Source of the DNA: Candidatus Hadarchaeota archaeon
Lineage (GTDB): Archaea > CAYQAE01 > CAYVLA01
Direction of reading: 5' to 3'
NCBI GenBank assembly: GCA_964452145.1
Contig: CAYVLA010000112.1
Span: forward strand, 1-10,898
DNA: 10,898 nt
In this document: in pieces, positions 7,127 to 10,898 of the stretch
Layout of the letters: each line of letters starts with the position of its first letter
How positions within the stretch are numbered: position 1 is the first letter of the stretch
Notes under the pieces: model-generated
The model's database searches: none
What the model was told of the DNA's origin: nothing
Seen by the model: only the letters and a program-made list of their open reading frames with translations
Program-made: the position numbers and the translations under genes

Positions 7127-8389
7127 ATGCCAAAATGCTCGGAGACCGCCTCGCTACCGATTTGGAGATTGGTTGTCTGTGGCCTGTTTTCTTGCCTGGT
7201 CTTGCTGGCCATCCAGCCAGCCTGGGGCCTGCAGGAGGGGAGGATCGGCGTTCTTTACGTCGGCTGCGTGGCGCGTTCCCAGCCGTATTGGCAGATGAGA
7301 TCTGATCCGCTCTTTCGGATCACCTTCGTCCAGGCAACGATTCGCGACTTCATGCTCTTCGGCCCGATGCCCGCCCCGACCATGGACGATCTTCACAGGC
7401 TTGTCAGGCTGTACATGCCTCGGACGTTTGATGATCTGGTGGCTGACTATGATGTGATCGTGTTCTTCGAGGCTAACGTTCATGCGGTCTCGGGCCACAT
7501 AAGCAAACTCGCTCGCGGCGTCTCGGAGGGAGGGCTGGGCCTGCTGATGGTAGGAGGCTGGCAGTCTTTCGGAGGCGCCACCGGCTACCCCGCCTGGGGC
7601 GAAACCGCCATCGGCCCGCTCCTCCCCACGGAGGACATCCCCGGTTACTGGCACGACTCGACCCAGCATCGCATAGTGATAGAAAAGCCCGAGCACGAGT
7701 TCATGAGAAGCCTTCCCTGGGACCTGCGGGACCCCGCGCTGTATGGTTCGGTGTGGGATCACAACCTCCTGAAGGTGAGGCCCGGAGCCGAGCTGCTTGC
7801 GCGCGTCGTCTCGCCGGGGTGCGACTCTCCCCTTATGGTTACATGGAGGCTAGAAGGCGGCCCCAGAACGTTTTCCTTTGCCAGCGAGGGCGGCTGGCGG
7901 CTGTTCTCCATGGCGAGGTGGAGGTATGACTACGACTTCTGCAGCAACCTGCTGATCTACCTCGATGATCGTCCAGTCCCGCAGGATATCGCACTCGTCC
8001 AAGCTGCCCGTTCGAGGATCTTCGAAGTTGCTACGAGGAGATCCATGCTCACAGCGTTGCTGGACTTTTGTGAGTCCTTCGGAGCGAACACGCAGAGGAT
8101 CATGGACAGGATCAGAGACATGGACCAGGTGATCGCCAAAGCATGGCCCCAATACCTCAACCTTGATTTTGAAGCTGCAATGGAGAGCTACACAGAGGCA
8201 GGCAAGATGATGGAGGAAATCGAGACGGAAGCGATGAAGCTCAAGAACAGGGCGCTCATGTGGGTCTACGTGATAAACTGGCTGACCGTCACCGGTACCG
8301 CGCTCCTGTGCGGCATGGCGCTCTGGTCGCTGATGGTTCGGCGAAAGCTCTATCGAGAGGTCGGACATACGAGGTTCGGGTCAGGATGA
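7127..8389 (+). CDS. Membrane-anchored class I glutamine amidotransferase-like (DUF1355-like) domain protein, paralog B
   Basis: Same architecture as 5639-6868, with shared motifs YMPRT, GLGLLMxGGxQxFGG, RSxPW, RPG, PxPxD, FGA and ALxWxYxxxWL...LWSLMVRRxLYRE. Signal-like N-terminus (LVVCGLFSCLVLLAIQPAWG). Confidence 0.8.
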   Translation: MPKCSETASLPIWRLVVCGLFSCLVLLAIQPAWGLQEGRIGVLYVGCVARSQPYWQMRSDPLFRITFVQATIRDFMLFGPMPAPTMDDLHRLVRLYMPRTFDDLVADYDVIVFFEANVHAVSGHISKLARGVSEGGLGLLMVGGWQSFGGATGYPAWGETAIGPLLPTEDIPGYWHDSTQHRIVIEKPEHEFMRSLPWDLRDPALYGSVWDHNLLKVRPGAELLARVVSPGCDSPLMVTWRLEGGPRTFSFASEGGWRLFSMARWRYDYDFCSNLLIYLDDRPVPQDIALVQAARSRIFEVATRRSMLTALLDFCESFGANTQRIMDRIRDMDQVIAKAWPQYLNLDFEAAMESYTEAGKMMEEIETEAMKLKNRALMWVYVINWLTVTGTALLCGMALWSLMVRRKLYREVGHTRFGSG

Positions 8390-8544
8390 TCGCCACGATC
8401 GGAGACCCCTGCCCAGCCTCGCAAAGGCAGCGAGAAGGACTCCTGCCTGTGGGGAGCCCGAGCCTGGCATCTGACCATTTCGTGCTCATGACACTTCAAG
8501 CCCACAGAATTCCAGTGCGATGCTCGGAACAAGCCTGTGGGAGC

Positions 8545-8878
8545 CTAGGGATCCTCGAGGGCAAAGTCAGAGGCCTTGCCGTCAGACACGGCCTTGACCC
8601 CATTCAGGACATCTCGGCCGATAAGAACATCCTCTTGCGATCTGCGGGTACGGCTTCCACATCTTGAACTCCCACCCTCGAAGAGAGATGCTGGCGAAGT
8701 GGGCGTATCTCCATCCCTCCTCTCGGCCGAGGCTGGAGATCGCGACCCGGCCCGGGCCACAAGCCTGATTCGATCGACCACATCCATAGATAGCGTGTGG
8801 GGGGCATTCGATCTGAGAGCACCGTGCCCTGAAAGGGAGACCCTTCACAACGGGGATGATGCTTCCGGGCCTGTTCAT
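8545..8878 (-). pseudogene. Frameshifted remnant of a single-domain retropepsin-like (clan AA) aspartic protease
   Basis: Joining the three minus frames gives ...TLSMDVVDRIRLV/PGRVAISSLGREEGWRYAHFASISLRGWEF/DVEAVPADR/EDVLIGRDVLNGVKAVSDGKASDFALEDP*. 'LIGRDVLN..DG' matches the retropepsin C-terminal (I/L)LGRD motif. The catalytic DTG motif is absent from all three frames. Confidence 0.65.
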
Positions 8879-8884
8879 TTATAT
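8878..8884 (+). promoter_or_regulatory. Putative archaeal TATA box for the URO-D-like gene
   Basis: TTTATAT lies 34-40 nt upstream of ATG 8918. Confidence 0.55.
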
Positions 8885-8917
8885 CGATTGGCAAGTCCGA
8901 AACCCTGGGTTATTACG

Positions 8918-10057
8918 ATGGACAACCTTGAGCGCTTCACCACCGTTCTCGACCTCAAGGTACCCGACAAGGTCCCGATATTCGTCCAGAGCATCTTGCC
9001 AGAGTTCCAGAAGAAGTGCCAGTCCGTCTTGAATGTTGAGAAGCTCCGAACGCTGCGCGGAAGGAACCGGATTCTTGACTTCTCGGTCCACGCAGCGCTG
9101 GGGATGGAAGGAGGACTCGCAAAAGGCGACAGCGCCCTGGTCCCCAATCTGGAAGGCCCAGTGAAGGTGGACCCACACGACCTGCCCAGACAGGATTCCA
9201 AGACCCGGCTTGGAGGTAATCGATTCGTGGATTTCTATGGCCGCATAATGGAGACGAGCACCTGCATGGGCACAGAGACAGCTCTGTACGTGGGGCCATA
9301 CCTACAGGGCGAGGAGGACTTCGACAACTGGCCCCACCTCTACCCACGCCCTCTCGCCGAGGAATACGTGGAGGACCTGCAGGAGACGAGCGAGGCGGGG
9401 ACACAAATCGGGTTTCTCCCCGTTCCAATCTGTCAGGGTCTATTCGCGAAGACTACTGAGATGTTCGGCTTGGGTCGGGTCGTACGGATGTTCCGGCAGA
9501 ACCCGGCTTTCCTCGAAAGGGTGCTCGACAGGTTGCTTGAGATAAAACTGGATATCATCGATCAGTACCACGCACTGCGTGTGCCCGTGGTGGCCGTATC
9601 CGATGATGTCGCGTTGAAGGGCTCGACCTTCCTTTCGCCCGAGCACTATGAAAGGTTTTTCGTTCCCCGGCTGGAGAAGATCACCGGAAGGGCCCGATCA
9701 CACGGAATGCGGACGATCCTCCACTCGGACGGCTATGTGACACCATTGCTTCCGGGTGTGGTCAAAGCCGGCTTCAACGCCATCGAGTGCCTGGAGCCCG
9801 CGGCCGGCGTCGACCTGGGGTCAGTGAAGAAGGAGTACGGAGCAAGAATCTGTCTCGTGGGCAACATCGATGTTCCCCATCTCCTTGCTCGGGGCTCCCT
9901 GCAGGAGGTTCGAGCGGAAGTCAAGCGGACTCTGGAGATCGGTATGCCGGGAGGGGCCTTCTCCCTCTGTCCGGCGGGAGACATCCTCGGAGAGTGCAGA
10001 GTCAGGAACGTTCAAGAGGTAGCGCGCGTGCGGAACCGTTTCGGCATATACCCATAG
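8918..10057 (+). CDS. Uroporphyrinogen decarboxylase/MtaA-CmuA methyltransferase fold protein (URO-D-like; not canonical HemE)
   Basis: Family-typical N-terminus 'MDNLERFTTVLDLKVPDKVPIF' and motifs 'SDDVALKGSTFLSPEHYERFFVP', 'ILHSDG', 'LEPAAGVDLGSVKKEYGARICLVGNID', 'GSLQEVRAEVKRTL'. The HemE RQAGR motif is missing. The ORF-track extension 8576-8917 is antisense to the pseudogene and was trimmed. Confidence 0.88.
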   Translation: MDNLERFTTVLDLKVPDKVPIFVQSILPEFQKKCQSVLNVEKLRTLRGRNRILDFSVHAALGMEGGLAKGDSALVPNLEGPVKVDPHDLPRQDSKTRLGGNRFVDFYGRIMETSTCMGTETALYVGPYLQGEEDFDNWPHLYPRPLAEEYVEDLQETSEAGTQIGFLPVPICQGLFAKTTEMFGLGRVVRMFRQNPAFLERVLDRLLEIKLDIIDQYHALRVPVVAVSDDVALKGSTFLSPEHYERFFVPRLEKITGRARSHGMRTILHSDGYVTPLLPGVVKAGFNAIECLEPAAGVDLGSVKKEYGARICLVGNIDVPHLLARGSLQEVRAEVKRTLEIGMPGGAFSLCPAGDILGECRVRNVQEVARVRNRFGIYP

Positions 10058-10253
10058 CTGTAGCGCCGACCTGCGGGGATGGTCCGTCGAAAGACGAGGC
10101 AGCTCAACTCGGGCCCGATCTCCGCACACACTGGGCGTACGACTAGCCTTTCCGGCTTACCCCGGTCAGGCTCATTCACGAAGCGTTTCGATCCGGGATC
10201 TGGGAGGAAGAGATAAGAACAGCCCTCGACAATCGCCGCCTGGAGAGGTCTCT

Positions 10254-10898
10254 GTGGAAAGGGCCATTCGCGTCGGAGTGATCGGGGCAGGAGCCATCGG
10301 CAGATACCACCTGGATGTCTATGCCAGGCATCCCAGCGCCGAGCTGATTGCCCTCTGCGAAATCGACATGGGAAGGGCCGAGGCCGCGGCAAAGGAATTC
10401 AGCGTCGAGAAGGTCTTCTGCGACTACCGGGAGATGTTAGATATGGCAGACCTTGAGGCTGTGAGCGTCTGTCTGCCCAACGCCCTCCACCCCCCGGTGA
10501 GCATAGCCGCTCTCCAGGCCGGCAAACACGTCTTGTGTGAGAAACCGATGGCCACCGATTCAAAGTCCGCCAAAAAGATGGTGCAGGCATCAAGGAAGGC
10601 TGGCAAGCGGCTTGCCGTCTCCCTTAACCTCAGACACAGTGGCAAGGCACAGGCCCTCAAGCAAGCTGTCGAGGCGGGCCGGCTGGGCGCCGTCTACCAT
10701 GGCAAGGGCGGGATGCTCAGGGACAACGCCATCCCCAGGGGCTGGTTCCATAGGAAGCAGTACTCGGGCGGCGGCCCGCTCCTGGACCTGGGCCCCCACA
10801 TCTTGGACGTCACCTGGTGGTTGATGGGAAGGCCTGTGCCTGCATCCGCCTTGGGCGCGACGTACGCCGAGTTTGGCCCCAGGGGGATGGGCAAGGGG
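10254..10898 (+). CDS. Gfo/Idh/MocA family NAD(P)-dependent oxidoreductase (partial; runs off window end)
   Basis: Not in the ORF track because there is no stop in the window. Hand translation from GTG 10254 (RBS GGAGAGGT 10242-10249): MERAIRVGVIGAGAIGRYH...AVSVCLPNALH...ALQAGKHVLCEKPMA...SGGGPLLDLGPHILD. This shows the Rossmann GxGxxG, EKP and DxxxH motifs. Confidence 0.95.
   Translation, partial: MERAIRVGVIGAGAIGRYHLDVYARHPSAELIALCEIDMGRAEAAAKEFSVEKVFCDYREMLDMADLEAVSVCLPNALHPPVSIAALQAGKHVLCEKPMATDSKSAKKMVQASRKAGKRLAVSLNLRHSGKAQALKQAVEAGRLGAVYHGKGGMLRDNAIPRGWFHRKQYSGGGPLLDLGPHILDVTWWLMGRPVPASALGATYAEFGPRGMGKG

Noticed and set aside
8576..8917. 114-aa N-terminal extension of the URO-D-like ORF
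   Set aside because: It is antisense to the protease pseudogene and contains the TATA-like box; the family-typical N-terminus begins at ATG 8918.
8918..10057. hemE or mtaA gene symbol
   Set aside because: It lacks RQAGR (HemE) and H-x-C (MtaA), so only the fold family can be supported.
10075..10110. Hammerhead ribozyme or fluoride riboswitch resemblance around GATGGTCCGTCGAAAGACG
   Set aside because: No CUGAUGA/GAAA hammerhead core arrangement and no downstream fluoride riboswitch pseudoknot motif.
261..10894. Numerous short overlapping or antisense ORFs in the track (e.g. 2113-2658, 3996-4610, 4611-5309, 6164-6928, 7154-7762, 10537-10824)
   Set aside because: These are shadow ORFs expected in GC-rich coding DNA; each overlaps a better-supported gene and has no motifs.
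1..10898. CRISPR array, tRNA/rRNA, transposase or integrase
   Set aside because: No regularly spaced 25-40 bp repeats, no cloverleaf with a T-loop and no mobile-element protein motifs were seen by eye.

Overview
GC-rich window, roughly 60% GC by eye, that is probably archaeal: TATA-box-like motifs sit 25-55 nt upstream of several starts and GGTGA-type ribosome-binding sites are present. It holds eight supportable CDSs: a right-handed beta-helix protein, an SGNH/GDSL hydrolase, a membrane-anchored metallophosphoesterase fused to a sulfite-oxidase-like domain (minus strand), a GH71/GH99-like glycoside hydrolase with a C-terminal beta-sandwich, two tandem paralogous membrane proteins (signal/TM + class I GATase-like domain + helical stalk + C-terminal TM and conserved tail), a URO-D/MtaA-fold protein, and a Gfo/Idh/MocA oxidoreductase that runs off the window end and is missing from the ORF track. 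Between the genes I found a multiply frameshifted retropepsin-like protease pseudogene (8545-8878, minus) and two candidate structured RNA elements (6936-7067, 10072-10126). No rRNA, tRNA, CRISPR array or transposase was seen. All family calls come from motif recognition by eye and none was checked against a database.
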